A stretch of 43,385 bases of DNA. It comes from Acidobacteriota bacterium. Its GTDB lineage: Bacteria > Acidobacteriota > Thermoanaerobaculia > Gp7-AA8. The notes under the pieces are model-generated. The model saw nothing but the letters and a program-made list of their open reading frames with translations. It did not search any database and was not told the origin of the DNA. Positions 8,629 through 17,595 of this stretch are shown one piece after another; position 1 is the stretch's first letter; each line of letters begins with the position of its first letter. Both the position numbers and the translations under genes were made by a program. The stretch covers positions 1 through 43,385 of the forward strand of contig QHVS01000110.1 in NCBI GenBank assembly GCA_003223635.1, in the 5' to 3' direction.

Positions 8629-8702
8629 TTGCTGAGTTGCTTGGTTGCTAGGTTGCTGGACGGGTGGGACTGAGCAACCCAACAACCAAGTAACCCAGCG
8701 AC
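8628..8702 (+). repeat. intercistronic octamer-built hairpin (mraZ|rsmH)
   Basis: Left arm is GTTGCTGA GTTGCTTG GTTGCTAG GTTGCTGG (8628-8659). Right arm is GAGCAACC CAACAACC AAGTAACC CAGCGACC (8672-8703). Hand pairing of 8628-8657 with 8673-8702 gives 25 WC pairs, 2 GU pairs and 3 mismatches. Confidence 0.85.
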
Positions 8703-8704
8703 CG

Positions 8705-9625
8705 ATGATCCACGATCCAGTTCTTTTACAACCGGTTGTCGATTACCTCCGCCCCAATCGCGAAGACGGAACGCTCGTCGATGCGACGGTAGGGTTGGGT
8801 GGGCACGCGGAGGCGCTGTTGGAGCGCTATCCGCGGGCCCATCTGGTGGCCATCGATCGCGATCCGCGCGCGCTGAAGCTCGCGCGAGAGCGGCTGGGGA
8901 GGTTCGGAAGTCGCGTGACGTTCGCGCAGGGACGTCACGAGTCGCTCATTGACATTCTGAAGCAGTCAAACCTCGAGACCATCAGCGGCCTCGTGGCCGA
9001 CCTCGGCGTCTCCTCGATGCAGCTCGACGACGCGTCGCGCGGATTTTCCTTCCGCCTCGACGCGCCGCTCGACATGCGGATGGGGCCTGACAGCACGACG
9101 GCGGCAACGCTGGTCAACGGCCTCGAGGAACACGAGCTGGCGCGGATCCTCCGCGAATACGGCGAGGAGCCGATGGCCCGGCGCATCGCACGAGCGATCG
9201 TCGAGGCGCGGCAGAGCGCTCCGATCGAGACGACCGGACAGCTCGCGGCGATCGTGCGCGGTGTAAAGAAGTCAAAGCCCCGCGACATTGATCCCGCCAC
9301 GCTGACCTTTCAGGCGCTTCGCATCGCGGCGAATGAGGAGCTGGTCGGACTGGACCGCTTCATCGACGACGCGGTGAGCGTCCTCGAAAGCGGCGCACGA
9401 ATCGCGGTGATCTCGTTCCACTCGCTCGAGGATCGAATCGTCAAACGCGCGCTGCGGCGGCTGAAAGGCGAATGCACCTGTCCGCCCGGCATGCCGGTCT
9501 GCGGATGCGGGGCGAAGGATCTGGTGAGTGTGTTGACAGGACGTCCGGTGACTGCTTCGGAAGACGAGGTGAATCGAAATCCGCGATCGCGCAGCGCCAA
9601 GCTGCGCGTCGCAGAAAAGAAGTAA
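8705..9625 (+). CDS. rsmH: 16S rRNA (cytosine1402-N4)-methyltransferase
   Basis: MIHDPVLLQPVVDYL start at ATG 8705. DATVGLGGHAEALL SAM motif, DLGVSSMQLD, FHSLEDRIVK. The 20 codons upstream in ORF 8645 translate the repeat element. Confidence 0.9.
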   Translation: MIHDPVLLQPVVDYLRPNREDGTLVDATVGLGGHAEALLERYPRAHLVAIDRDPRALKLARERLGRFGSRVTFAQGRHESLIDILKQSNLETISGLVADLGVSSMQLDDASRGFSFRLDAPLDMRMGPDSTTAATLVNGLEEHELARILREYGEEPMARRIARAIVEARQSAPIETTGQLAAIVRGVKKSKPRDIDPATLTFQALRIAANEELVGLDRFIDDAVSVLESGARIAVISFHSLEDRIVKRALRRLKGECTCPPGMPVCGCGAKDLVSVLTGRPVTASEDEVNRNPRSRSAKLRVAEKK

Positions 9626-9643
9626 GGCGGAGCCAGGCAGCAA

Positions 9644-9716
9644 GGGTGAAGGTTGGGGAAGGGTGGGTGTGGCGCGGTGAGCGGGGGCTCGGGAGGGGTG
9701 GAGCGTGGGGGGTGGG
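9644..9716 (+). other. G-run-dense tract (G-quadruplex-prone) in the rsmH-ftsL spacer
   Basis: Nine runs of at least three G in 73 nt on the sense strand, with only six C. Includes GGGGAAGGGTGGG and GGGGGCTCGGGAGGGGTGGAGCGTGGGGGGTGGG. Confidence 0.8.
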
Positions 9717-9792
9717 TGGACGTGGACGCTGCTCGTTGCCGTGCATGTAGGCAAATCTTCACCCTTGTTCCCGGGCTCCGCGCGGCCATGGA

Positions 9793-10167
9793 ATGTACGC
9801 CCAAAAAAGACCGATCGACAACGCTCACATCGTCCGCGAACGCGACCGCCAGCGATTCCGTGAGCTCCTCGCCCTCTTAGGCCTGGGCATTCCGATCGGA
9901 CTGTTCCTTCTCCTCTTCACCTGGCAGAACCTCGAGGTCATCCGGCTGGGCCACGAGGCGACGCGTCTGCAGAAGCAGCGAAAAGACATCGAGAACGCAA
10001 ACAAAGTTCTGCAGTACGAGCTCGACCGCCTGACATCGCTGCATTCGGTCGAGCAGAAGGCGACTGCACTCGGCTTCGAGCGAACCGATCCGCGCGTGGT
10101 GGTGATGGTACAAAAGCCCGCGGACCACAGGCCGCGGCCCGCGGACCGCGACAGGACCCGGCGATGA
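9793..10167 (+). CDS. ftsL: cell division protein FtsL
   Basis: 124 aa. Single TM segment (LALLGLGIPIGLFLLLF) followed by a coiled-coil-like segment. Canonical position between rsmH and ftsI, with ATGA overlap with ftsI. Confidence 0.7.
   Translation: MYAQKRPIDNAHIVRERDRQRFRELLALLGLGIPIGLFLLLFTWQNLEVIRLGHEATRLQKQRKDIENANKVLQYELDRLTSLHSVEQKATALGFERTDPRVVVMVQKPADHRPRPADRDRTRR
10119..10153 (+). repeat. degenerate tandem heptamer array (CGCGGAC type)
   Basis: Units are CGCGGAC CACAGGC CGCGGCC CGCGGAC CGCGACA. They encode the FtsL tail PADHRPRPADRDR and end 10 nt before the ftsI ATG. Confidence 0.55.
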
Positions 10168-12116
10168 CGACTCCGCAGCGGCGTTTGCTGCAGCTGTTCG
10201 CGTTCCTCTCCGTGTGGACGCTGGTCGTCGTCGGGCGGCTGCTGCAGGTGCAGATTCTCCGTCACGACGACTACGTGGCCCGTGCACAGCGGCAGCAGGA
10301 ACGAACTCTGACTCTGAGCCCGGTGCGCGGATCGATCCTCGATGTGCACAACCGCGTGTTGGCCGAGAGTGTCGCGGCCGAATCGATCTACGCCGATCCC
10401 CAGGCCATCGTCGACCGCCGGGCGACGGCGAAGGCGTTGGTCACGATCAAGGAGCTCGGCGTCACGGCGAGCGACATTCAGGAGAAGCTCGGCGGCGACG
10501 GAGGCTTCGCCTGGATCGCGCGGCAGGTGCCTCTGGAGATCAGTGCCAGGGTGCGCGCGCTTCGCCTCCCGGGCATCTATTTTCTGGATGAGCATCGACG
10601 CGCCTACCCGCGTGGAATGCTCGCGGCAAACGTCATCGGCTATGTTGGAGTCGACGGCGCCGGCCTGGGTGGAATCGAGCATTCGTACGACAGCTATGTC
10701 CGTGGCCGCCCCGGTCGCGTGACTCTCCTGCGCGACGCGCGGCGCGGCGTCTACCTCGTCGGTGGCGAAGGGGCCAATCGGGCCATCGACGGGAACCACG
10801 TCGTGTTGACCATCGACGCGGTCGTTCAATTCATCGCCGAGCGTGCGTTGGCCAAAGCGGTGAACCGCTGGCAAGCGGCCGGCGGCTCAGTGATCGTCCT
10901 CGATCCGAGCGACGGCGCGGTGCTGGCGATGGCTTCGGTTCCCTCGTTTGATCCGAACCGGTTTCGCGATTTTCCGCCGGAGCGATGGCGCAACCGCAAT
11001 GTGCAGGACATCTACGAGCCGGGATCGACCTTCAAGATCGTCACCGCCGCGGCCGGCCTGGAGGAAGGCATCGTCACCCCGTCGGAGGTGATCAACTGCG
11101 GCGACGGCGTGATCCGCATCGCCAACAACGACATCCACGAGGCGGGCGGAAGCCGCTACGGCTTCATCACCTTCGAAGACGTGATGGTGCATTCCTCGAA
11201 CGTCGGCGCCGTGCGCGTCGGCCTGGCTCTGGGGCAGGGGAGATTTTTCCGCTACATCCGGCGCTTCGGATTCGGCGACCGCACCGGAATTCAACTTCCC
11301 GGCGAAACGCCGGGGCTGGTCCGGCGCACGGAGCGCTGGTCGCAGCTCTCCAACGCCAGCATCGCCATCGGACAGGAAGTGGGCGTTACCCCGCTGCAGA
11401 TCGCAGCCGCGACGGGGGCCGTGGCAAACGGCGGCATTCGCGTGGTCCCTCGCATTGTCGACCGTGTTGAAAATACGAAGGGCGAAATCGTCTATCGTCC
11501 GCCCCGCCCCGAGCCGATGCGCATCATCTCTGAAAAAACCGCGGCGGTGCTCAACGAGATCCTCAAAGCGGCGGTCAGCCGAGGAACGGGAGTGGGGGCG
11601 GGGCTGCCCGAGCACGTGGTGGCCGGCAAGACAGGAACGGCGCAGAAGGCCATCCGCGGCGGATATTCTCCTGACCGATTCATCTCGTCGTTCGCCGGAT
11701 ACGTTCCGGCGGATCGCCCTCGTCTGGTCATTCTGGTGGTGATCGATGAGCCGAAAGACGATCAGTACGGTGGCACGGTGGCCGCCCCCGTCTTCAAGGA
11801 TATCGCCGAGGCGACTCTGCGCTACTTCGGCGTGCCGCCGTCGATTCCCGCCCGGACGATGGACATCGGCTCGTCGCTGGCCGCGATTTCGCAAGAGTCT
11901 GGCAGCGACGAGCGGGCGTTGAGCGGCGGGCGGCGAGCGGGCGTTCCCGATCTGCGGGGCCTCGACGCGCGCGCGGCGGTCGCCAGCGCCACGGCCGCCG
12001 GATTTCGCGTCCGTGCGCTCGGGAGCGGCGTGGTCCAATCACAACTTCCTCTGCCGGGTGACGTGTTGCCGGAAAACCGTCTTCTGACCTTGCGTTTCGC
12101 GGAGGTCGCGCGATGA
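10164..12116 (+). CDS. ftsI: peptidoglycan D,D-transpeptidase FtsI (class B PBP) with C-terminal PASTA domain
   Basis: 650 aa. Motifs STFK (EPGSTFKIV), SSN (HSSNVG) and KTGT (GKTGTAQ). The C-terminal VPDLRGLDARAAVASATAAGFRVRALGSGVVQSQLPLPGD is PASTA-like. Confidence 0.9.
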   Translation: MTTPQRRLLQLFAFLSVWTLVVVGRLLQVQILRHDDYVARAQRQQERTLTLSPVRGSILDVHNRVLAESVAAESIYADPQAIVDRRATAKALVTIKELGVTASDIQEKLGGDGGFAWIARQVPLEISARVRALRLPGIYFLDEHRRAYPRGMLAANVIGYVGVDGAGLGGIEHSYDSYVRGRPGRVTLLRDARRGVYLVGGEGANRAIDGNHVVLTIDAVVQFIAERALAKAVNRWQAAGGSVIVLDPSDGAVLAMASVPSFDPNRFRDFPPERWRNRNVQDIYEPGSTFKIVTAAAGLEEGIVTPSEVINCGDGVIRIANNDIHEAGGSRYGFITFEDVMVHSSNVGAVRVGLALGQGRFFRYIRRFGFGDRTGIQLPGETPGLVRRTERWSQLSNASIAIGQEVGVTPLQIAAATGAVANGGIRVVPRIVDRVENTKGEIVYRPPRPEPMRIISEKTAAVLNEILKAAVSRGTGVGAGLPEHVVAGKTGTAQKAIRGGYSPDRFISSFAGYVPADRPRLVILVVIDEPKDDQYGGTVAAPVFKDIAEATLRYFGVPPSIPARTMDIGSSLAAISQESGSDERALSGGRRAGVPDLRGLDARAAVASATAAGFRVRALGSGVVQSQLPLPGDVLPENRLLTLRFAEVAR

Positions 12117-13600
12117 AGCTGCGCGATCTGCTCCAGGGTGTGCCTGTGCGCTCCTCGCAGGGAAATCTCGATGCGGAGATCACGGCCGTGGTGGGCGATT
12201 CGCGCCTGGCTGTTCGCGGCTCGCTCTTTGTGGCCATTCGTGGCATGCAGCAGGACGGCGCGAAGTTCGTCGACTCCGCGGTGGAAAAGGGGGCGATCGC
12301 CGTGGTCAGCGATCACCCGCTCGCCACTCGCCGTTCGCCGCCGGCATGGGTGGAGGTGGAGGATGCCCGCTCCGCACTGGCTCTGATCGCTGCCAACTTC
12401 TACGGGCACCCGGCGGACAAGCTGACCCTTGTCGGGGTCACCGGAACTTCAGGGAAGACGACCACCACGAAGATGCTCGAGTCGATCTTCGACGCGGCCG
12501 GCGAGCCGGTGGGGTTGATCGGGACGATCGAGTATCGCGCCGGCGAGGAGAGGTTGGTCGCCGATCGCACCACGCCCGATGCCGTCGTGCTGCAGCAGTG
12601 GTTTGCCAAAATGGTGGCCGCCGGCGTCAAGCACGCGGTCATGGAAGTCTCCTCGCACGCCCTGGCCCTGAAGCGGACCTACGGGATTCAGTTTGGCGCG
12701 GCGGTGTTCACGAACCTCTCGCAGGACCACTTCGATTTTCACAAAGGCTTCGAAGATTACTTCGCCGCGAAGAAGAGCCTGTTCGATCAGATCGATCGCA
12801 AGCGCCGGACCGCGGTCGTCAATATCGACGACGAGTACGGCCGGCGTCTGGCCGGCGAACTGAAAAAAGCGGTCATCTCGTTCGGCCGCTCGCCCAAGGC
12901 CGACATTCGCCCGGCCGATAAATTCGCCATCGACGTGCGCGGCCTGCGCGGCCGCGTCCACACGCCGGCAGGCGACATTCGCGTGGAGTCGCGACTTCTC
13001 GGCCTGCCGAACCTCTACAACTGGATGGCCGCCATCGGCGCCGCGGTGGCGGTGGGCATCCCGCGCAAAGCCATCGAAACGGGGATCCGCAATCTCGCCT
13101 CCGTGCGCGGCCGGTTCGAATATGTGGAATCCGCGGGCGGCCCCACGGTGATCGTCGACTACGCGCACAAACCTGACGCGCTGGAGAAGCTGCTTCACGC
13201 GGTACGCGATCTCGCGGCGAAGAAGCGCCTGGTGCTCGTCTTCGGCTGCGGCGGAGATCGAGACAAGGACAAGCGGCCGATGATGGGCGACATCGCCGGC
13301 CGGCTGGCCGACTTCACCGTGCTGACCAGCGACAATCCGCGGAGCGAGAACCCCGACTTCATCATCGACGACATCGAGAAGGGCATCCGCCGAGGAACGT
13401 ACGTGCGGATGACCGACCGGCGCGAGGCAATCGCCCGGACGATCGACGAGGCGTCCGATGATGACGTCATCGTGATCGCCGGGAAAGGTCACGAGAGCTA
13501 CCAGGTGGTGGGCGATCAGATCATTCACTTCGATGATCGGGAGGAAGCGGAATTCGCCCTGAAAAAGAGGCATGAAAAAGTAGCACCGAAAACAGGTTGA
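12113..13600 (+). CDS. murE: UDP-MurNAc-L-Ala-D-Glu:meso-DAP ligase
   Basis: 495 aa. GVTGTSGKTTT P-loop and LTSDNPRSENP (DNPR motif, indicating meso-DAP specificity). dcw context. Confidence 0.93.
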   Translation: MKLRDLLQGVPVRSSQGNLDAEITAVVGDSRLAVRGSLFVAIRGMQQDGAKFVDSAVEKGAIAVVSDHPLATRRSPPAWVEVEDARSALALIAANFYGHPADKLTLVGVTGTSGKTTTTKMLESIFDAAGEPVGLIGTIEYRAGEERLVADRTTPDAVVLQQWFAKMVAAGVKHAVMEVSSHALALKRTYGIQFGAAVFTNLSQDHFDFHKGFEDYFAAKKSLFDQIDRKRRTAVVNIDDEYGRRLAGELKKAVISFGRSPKADIRPADKFAIDVRGLRGRVHTPAGDIRVESRLLGLPNLYNWMAAIGAAVAVGIPRKAIETGIRNLASVRGRFEYVESAGGPTVIVDYAHKPDALEKLLHAVRDLAAKKRLVLVFGCGGDRDKDKRPMMGDIAGRLADFTVLTSDNPRSENPDFIIDDIEKGIRRGTYVRMTDRREAIARTIDEASDDDVIVIAGKGHESYQVVGDQIIHFDDREEAEFALKKRHEKVAPKTG

Positions 13601-13608
13601 AATTGAGC

Positions 13609-13638
13609 TTGATATTGATGACAACATCAGCTTATGAT
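13609..13638 (+). promoter_or_regulatory. candidate sigma70-like promoter TTGATA-N18-TATGAT in the murE-murF spacer
   Basis: Hexamers read at 13609-13614 and 13633-13638 inside an AT-rich island (about 13558-13650). This is a motif match only. Confidence 0.3.
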
Positions 13639-13783
13639 TTGGCGCACTGGAAACGGTGCTCTCTCCCGGCTCCGTCGGTCAGTTTCAGCGTGGGTGTGTG
13701 GACGGTGATCGCGGGGCAGTCCCGGGGGAAGGGATGCGATCGCCGTTGTGGAAGCGCGGCGGGGCCGGGAGAGAACATCGCAG

Positions 13784-13811
13784 GTCGCGGATCGCGGATC
13801 GCGGATCGCAG
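13784..13811 (+). repeat. tandem heptamer array GTCGCGG ATCGCGG ATCGCGG ATCGCAG
   Basis: Four consecutive 7-nt units read directly. They end 9 nt before the murF ATG (13821). Confidence 0.9.
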
Positions 13812-13820
13812 AGGGCAGCC

Positions 13821-15200
13821 ATGCCCACCATGACTTTCAAGCAACTCGCCGAGATGACGAACGGCGAGGTCGTTCAGAATCCCGATCTCACCGTCTCCTC
13901 GGTGGTCATCGACAGCCGCGAAGTGAAGCCGGACTCGGTCTTCTTCGCCATCAAGGGCGATCGCCTGGATGGACATCAATTCCTTCCCCAGGCTCTGCAG
14001 ACGGCGCGGGGCGCCGTCGTGGCTCGCGTTCCCGAATCACTGCCGCGCGACAAAGGCACGGCACTGCAGGAACTGGCGCATTCGATTCGCCAGCGTTACA
14101 AATTCCTGTTGATCGCCATCACCGGCTCAGCAGGCAAGACCACGACGAAGGAGATGATCGCCGCATTGGTCGGCACCGAGCGGCGCACCTGGAAGTCGTG
14201 GGGCAACTTCAACAATCTGATCGGTGCACCCCTCTGCCTGGACAACATGCCGGACGATGCTGAAGTGGTGGTCAGCGAGATGGGCATGAACCACAAAGGC
14301 GAGATCGCCACGCTGGCCGGCCTCACGCATCCCGATGTCGGCGTCTACACGAACATCGGACCGGTGCACATCGAGTTCTTCGGAACGATCGAGAAGATCG
14401 CCGAGGCGAAACGGGAGTTGCTGGAGAATGTGAAGCCCGACGGCACGATCGTTCTGAACGTCGACAACGACTACGTGATGAACATCAGCCGCGGCTTTCC
14501 AGGGCGAAAGGTGACGTACGGCATCGATCGTCCGGCGGACTTTCGCGGCACCGACGTCCGCGACCGCGGCCTGCTGGGGACCGCCTTCGAGCTGGACGGA
14601 CGTTCCTTCGAGCTCTCGCTCCCGGGGCGGCACAATCTGGAGAACCTTCTGGCCGCGATCGCCACCGCGCGTTCCATCGGTATCTCCTGGGAAGGGATCG
14701 AGCGCGGTGTGCGCGAGGTGAAGCCGGCCTACCACCGCGGCGTGATCCTTCCTCTGCGCGGCGCGACGATCTACGACGATACCTACAATTCCAACCCGTA
14801 CGCTCTGGCCCGCGCCATCCAGCTCCTGGAGCAGGCGGACGTGCGCGGAAGGCGAGTTGCCGTGATCGGCGACATGCTCGAGCTGGGGCCACGCGAGCGC
14901 GAATATCACTATGAAGTCGGCCGGCGCACCACGCCCGAGAGCATCGATGTCGTGATCGCCGTCGGCCCTCGCAGCGAGGCGCTGCTGGAAGGGGCGCGTC
15001 ACTCCGGCTTCGGCGACGACCGCCTCTATCACTTTGCGGACGCCGAGCGCGCCGGCGCATTCCTGCAGTCGTTCATCCAGCCCGGCGATCTGGTCTTGAT
15101 CAAGGCCTCGCGCGGCATCGGTCTCGATAAGATCGTAACGATGCTGCAGTCCGACCAGCGACACGCGACCAGCGACCAGCCGGTGGGGGAGCGGGGCTGA
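13821..15200 (+). CDS. murF: UDP-MurNAc-tripeptide:D-Ala-D-Ala ligase
   Basis: [18 protein letters not shown] is a typical MurF N-terminus. [14 protein letters not shown]-loop is present. The 55 codons upstream in ORF 13656 cross the repeat and spacer and look non-coding. Confidence 0.9.
   Translation: MPTMTFKQLAEMTNGEVVQNPDLTVSSVVIDSREVKPDSVFFAIKGDRLDGHQFLPQALQTARGAVVARVPESLPRDKGTALQELAHSIRQRYKFLLIAITGSAGKTTTKEMIAALVGTERRTWKSWGNFNNLIGAPLCLDNMPDDAEVVVSEMGMNHKGEIATLAGLTHPDVGVYTNIGPVHIEFFGTIEKIAEAKRELLENVKPDGTIVLNVDNDYVMNISRGFPGRKVTYGIDRPADFRGTDVRDRGLLGTAFELDGRSFELSLPGRHNLENLLAAIATARSIGISWEGIERGVREVKPAYHRGVILPLRGATIYDDTYNSNPYALARAIQLLEQADVRGRRVAVIGDMLELGPREREYHYEVGRRTTPESIDVVIAVGPRSEALLEGARHSGFGDDRLYHFADAERAGAFLQSFIQPGDLVLIKASRGIGLDKIVTMLQSDQRHATSDQPVGERG
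15152..15179 (+). repeat. tandem heptamer array CGACCAG CGACACG CGACCAG CGACCAG
   Basis: Four consecutive 7-nt units in the last codons of murF (peptide [11 protein letters not shown]). They end 20 nt before the mraY ATG (15200). Confidence 0.9.
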
Positions 15201-16288
15201 TGCTGTATTACCTCCTCTATCCGCTCCGCAACGTGATCTCCGGATTCAACGTCTTCCGGTACATCACCTTCCGGACGGCGTGGGCGGCGCTCACCGCGCT
15301 GGTCATCTGCTTCATCCTCGGGCCGTGGCTGATCGAGCGGATGCGGCAGATCAAGCTCGGGCAGTTCATCCGCGAAGAGGGGCCGAAATCACATCAGCAG
15401 AAGGCGGGGACGCCGACGATGGGCGGCATCCTGATCAACGTGGCCATCCTCATCCCCACGCTGTTGTGGGCGGACATCCTCAACCCGTACATCTGGATCG
15501 TTCTCTTCGTCACGTTCGCCTATGGAACGATTGGTTTCATCGATGACTATCAGAAGCTGGCCAAGAAGAGAAACCTCGGCCTGACGGCGAAACAGAAGTT
15601 CACCATACAGTTCGGGGTGGCTCTGGCCGCCGGCCTGGCCATCGCCTATCTGCCCAGCATCCACAACAACTACTCCACCGTGCTGACGTTTCCTTTCTTC
15701 AAGACGCTCCACGTGAATCTCGGATTTCTGTATATCCCGTTCATCATGATCGTGATTGTCGGCGCATCGAACGCCGTCAATCTGACGGATGGTCTCGATG
15801 GGTTGGCCATCGGCACCACGCTGATCGCGGCGGTCACCTACACGATCCTGACCTACGCGGCAGGGAACTTCCGCGTGGCCGACTATCTGCGCATTGCCTG
15901 GGTGCCGCAGGCCGGAGAGCTGGCCGTGTTCTGCGGCGCCATGGTCGGGGCCTCGCTCGGATTTCTCTGGTTCAACGCGCATCCGGCAGAGATTTTCATG
16001 GGCGACGTCGGATCGCTGGCCCTGGGCGGAGCGATCGGCTGCCTGGCGGTGATGATCAAGCAGGAGATTCTGCTCATCTTCGTCGGCGGACTGTTCGTCG
16101 TCGAGGCGGCTTCGGTGATCATCCAGGTGGCTTCATTCAAGCTGACCGGCCGCCGCGTCTTCAAGATGTCGCCGCTGCATCACCACTTCGAGCTCTCCGG
16201 CTGGCGGGAGACGAAGGTGGTGGTTCGGTTCTGGATCATCGCAATCATCTTTGCGTTGTTGAGTCTTTCGACTTTGAAACTGAGATGA
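15200..16288 (+). CDS. mraY: phospho-N-acetylmuramoyl-pentapeptide transferase
   Basis: 362 aa polytopic protein. [13 protein letters not shown] and HHHFE motifs. TGATG overlap with murF. Confidence 0.95.
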   Translation: MLYYLLYPLRNVISGFNVFRYITFRTAWAALTALVICFILGPWLIERMRQIKLGQFIREEGPKSHQQKAGTPTMGGILINVAILIPTLLWADILNPYIWIVLFVTFAYGTIGFIDDYQKLAKKRNLGLTAKQKFTIQFGVALAAGLAIAYLPSIHNNYSTVLTFPFFKTLHVNLGFLYIPFIMIVIVGASNAVNLTDGLDGLAIGTTLIAAVTYTILTYAAGNFRVADYLRIAWVPQAGELAVFCGAMVGASLGFLWFNAHPAEIFMGDVGSLALGGAIGCLAVMIKQEILLIFVGGLFVVEAASVIIQVASFKLTGRRVFKMSPLHHHFELSGWRETKVVVRFWIIAIIFALLSLSTLKLR

Positions 16289-17595
16289 GGCTACTCGTGG
16301 TGGGAGCGGGCAAATCGGGCGTGGCTGCAGCAAACTTCCTCGCGGAGCGGGGCGAGGACGTTGCCATCAACGATCGCAATCCGTATCCCGATCTTCCCTA
16401 TCCGCTGCACGAACGGGTGACCAGGCTGTTCGGTCAGCAGGACGAGTCTCTTCTCACCGGAGTGGAGTCGGTCATCGTCAGCCCGGGCGTTCCGCTCGAC
16501 GTACCGCTGCTCCGGCACGCTGCGTCGATGCGCATTCCGGTCATCGGCGAGATCGAGCTGGCGTTCCGTCATCTCAAAGGAACGGTCATCGCCATCACCG
16601 GCTCCAACGGCAAGTCGACGACGACGGCCCTGATCGGCGAGATCCTCAAAGTCGCCGGCCGTCAGCCGATCGTGGCCGGCAACATCGGCGAACCGCTGAT
16701 AGCAGCGATCGATCAGGAGAAGCCGCGGACCTACGTGCTGGAGCTTTCGTCGTTTCAACTGGAGACAGTTGACGCGTTCCGGGCGAATGTCGCGCTTCTT
16801 TTGAACATTACGCCCGACCACATGGACCGCTATCCGAACTTCGACGCCTACGCGGCAACAAAGTATCGGGTCCTCCGCAATCAGCAGGCCAGTGACACGG
16901 CGATCGTGAACGCCAGCGAACGTCGTGCTGTCGATCGGGGGTCCCATGCTCGCCTGTGGCGCTTCTCCGCATCGGAGAAGGTGAATGAAGGTGCCTGGCT
17001 GGATGGCGACCAGATGGTCTTGAGCATCGGCGGCGAAGAGCGGCGCATACCGCGTTCTGCGTTGAAGCTGGAAGGGCTGGCGAACGTGGAAAACGCTCTG
17101 GCCGCATGGCTTGCCGCGCGCGCGGTGGGCGTCGATGACGTGGCGGTGCAGATCGCGTTCGGATCGTTCCGAGGGCTGCCGCACCGGATGGTGATGGTGC
17201 GGGAGAAGGGCGGCGTTCGTTACGTCAACGACTCGAAAGGGACGAACGTCGACGCCACGCTCAAATCGCTGGAAAGTTTTCCCCCGTCCAGCGTGCTGCT
17301 GATCCTGGGAGGCAAAGACAAAGCGGGTGAGTTCGAGCGGATGCGCGATCTCATTGCGGAGAAGACACGCTACGTGATCACCATCGGCGCCGCCGCGGAT
17401 CGCATCTCCAGCGCGCTGGAGGGCTCGGCGACCATCGTTCCGATGGGCGATATGGAGCGCGCGGTGCGCTGGGCGTCGGAACATGCCAAAACCGGCGACA
17501 CGGTGCTCCTCTCGCCGGCCTGCGCCAGCTTCGATCAGTACAAGAACTTCGAGCATCGGGGACAACATTTTGAGGGGTTGGTGAGGAGGTTGTGA
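16285..17595 (+). CDS. murD: UDP-MurNAc-L-Ala:D-Glu ligase
   Basis: 436 aa. [15 protein letters not shown] Rossmann N-terminus and [12 protein letters not shown]-loop. ATGA overlap with mraY. Confidence 0.93.
   Translation: MRLLVVGAGKSGVAAANFLAERGEDVAINDRNPYPDLPYPLHERVTRLFGQQDESLLTGVESVIVSPGVPLDVPLLRHAASMRIPVIGEIELAFRHLKGTVIAITGSNGKSTTTALIGEILKVAGRQPIVAGNIGEPLIAAIDQEKPRTYVLELSSFQLETVDAFRANVALLLNITPDHMDRYPNFDAYAATKYRVLRNQQASDTAIVNASERRAVDRGSHARLWRFSASEKVNEGAWLDGDQMVLSIGGEERRIPRSALKLEGLANVENALAAWLAARAVGVDDVAVQIAFGSFRGLPHRMVMVREKGGVRYVNDSKGTNVDATLKSLESFPPSSVLLILGGKDKAGEFERMRDLIAEKTRYVITIGAAADRISSALEGSATIVPMGDMERAVRWASEHAKTGDTVLLSPACASFDQYKNFEHRGQHFEGLVRRL

Noticed and set aside
8377-8685. Minus-strand ORFs crossing the octamer elements (8377..8685 and 17535..17738), and the + strand extension of rsmH from 8645.
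   Set aside because: Their N- or C-terminal parts are simply translations of the periodic repeat (Q/L/A/T-rich), and they overlap real genes on the other strand.
9626-9792. tRNA or other known structured ncRNA in the rsmH-ftsL spacer.
   Set aside because: I could find no cloverleaf or conserved riboswitch-like helices. The region is dominated by G-runs, so it is reported only as a G-rich tract.
13597-13833. 78-aa ORF (TTG start) spanning the murE-murF spacer, and the 55-codon N-terminal extension of murF from 13656.
   Set aside because: Both translate the AT island and the heptamer array, have no recognisable motif, and MurF has a canonical N-terminus at 13821. I treated them as non-coding spacer. 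This would need proteomics or ribosome profiling to overturn.
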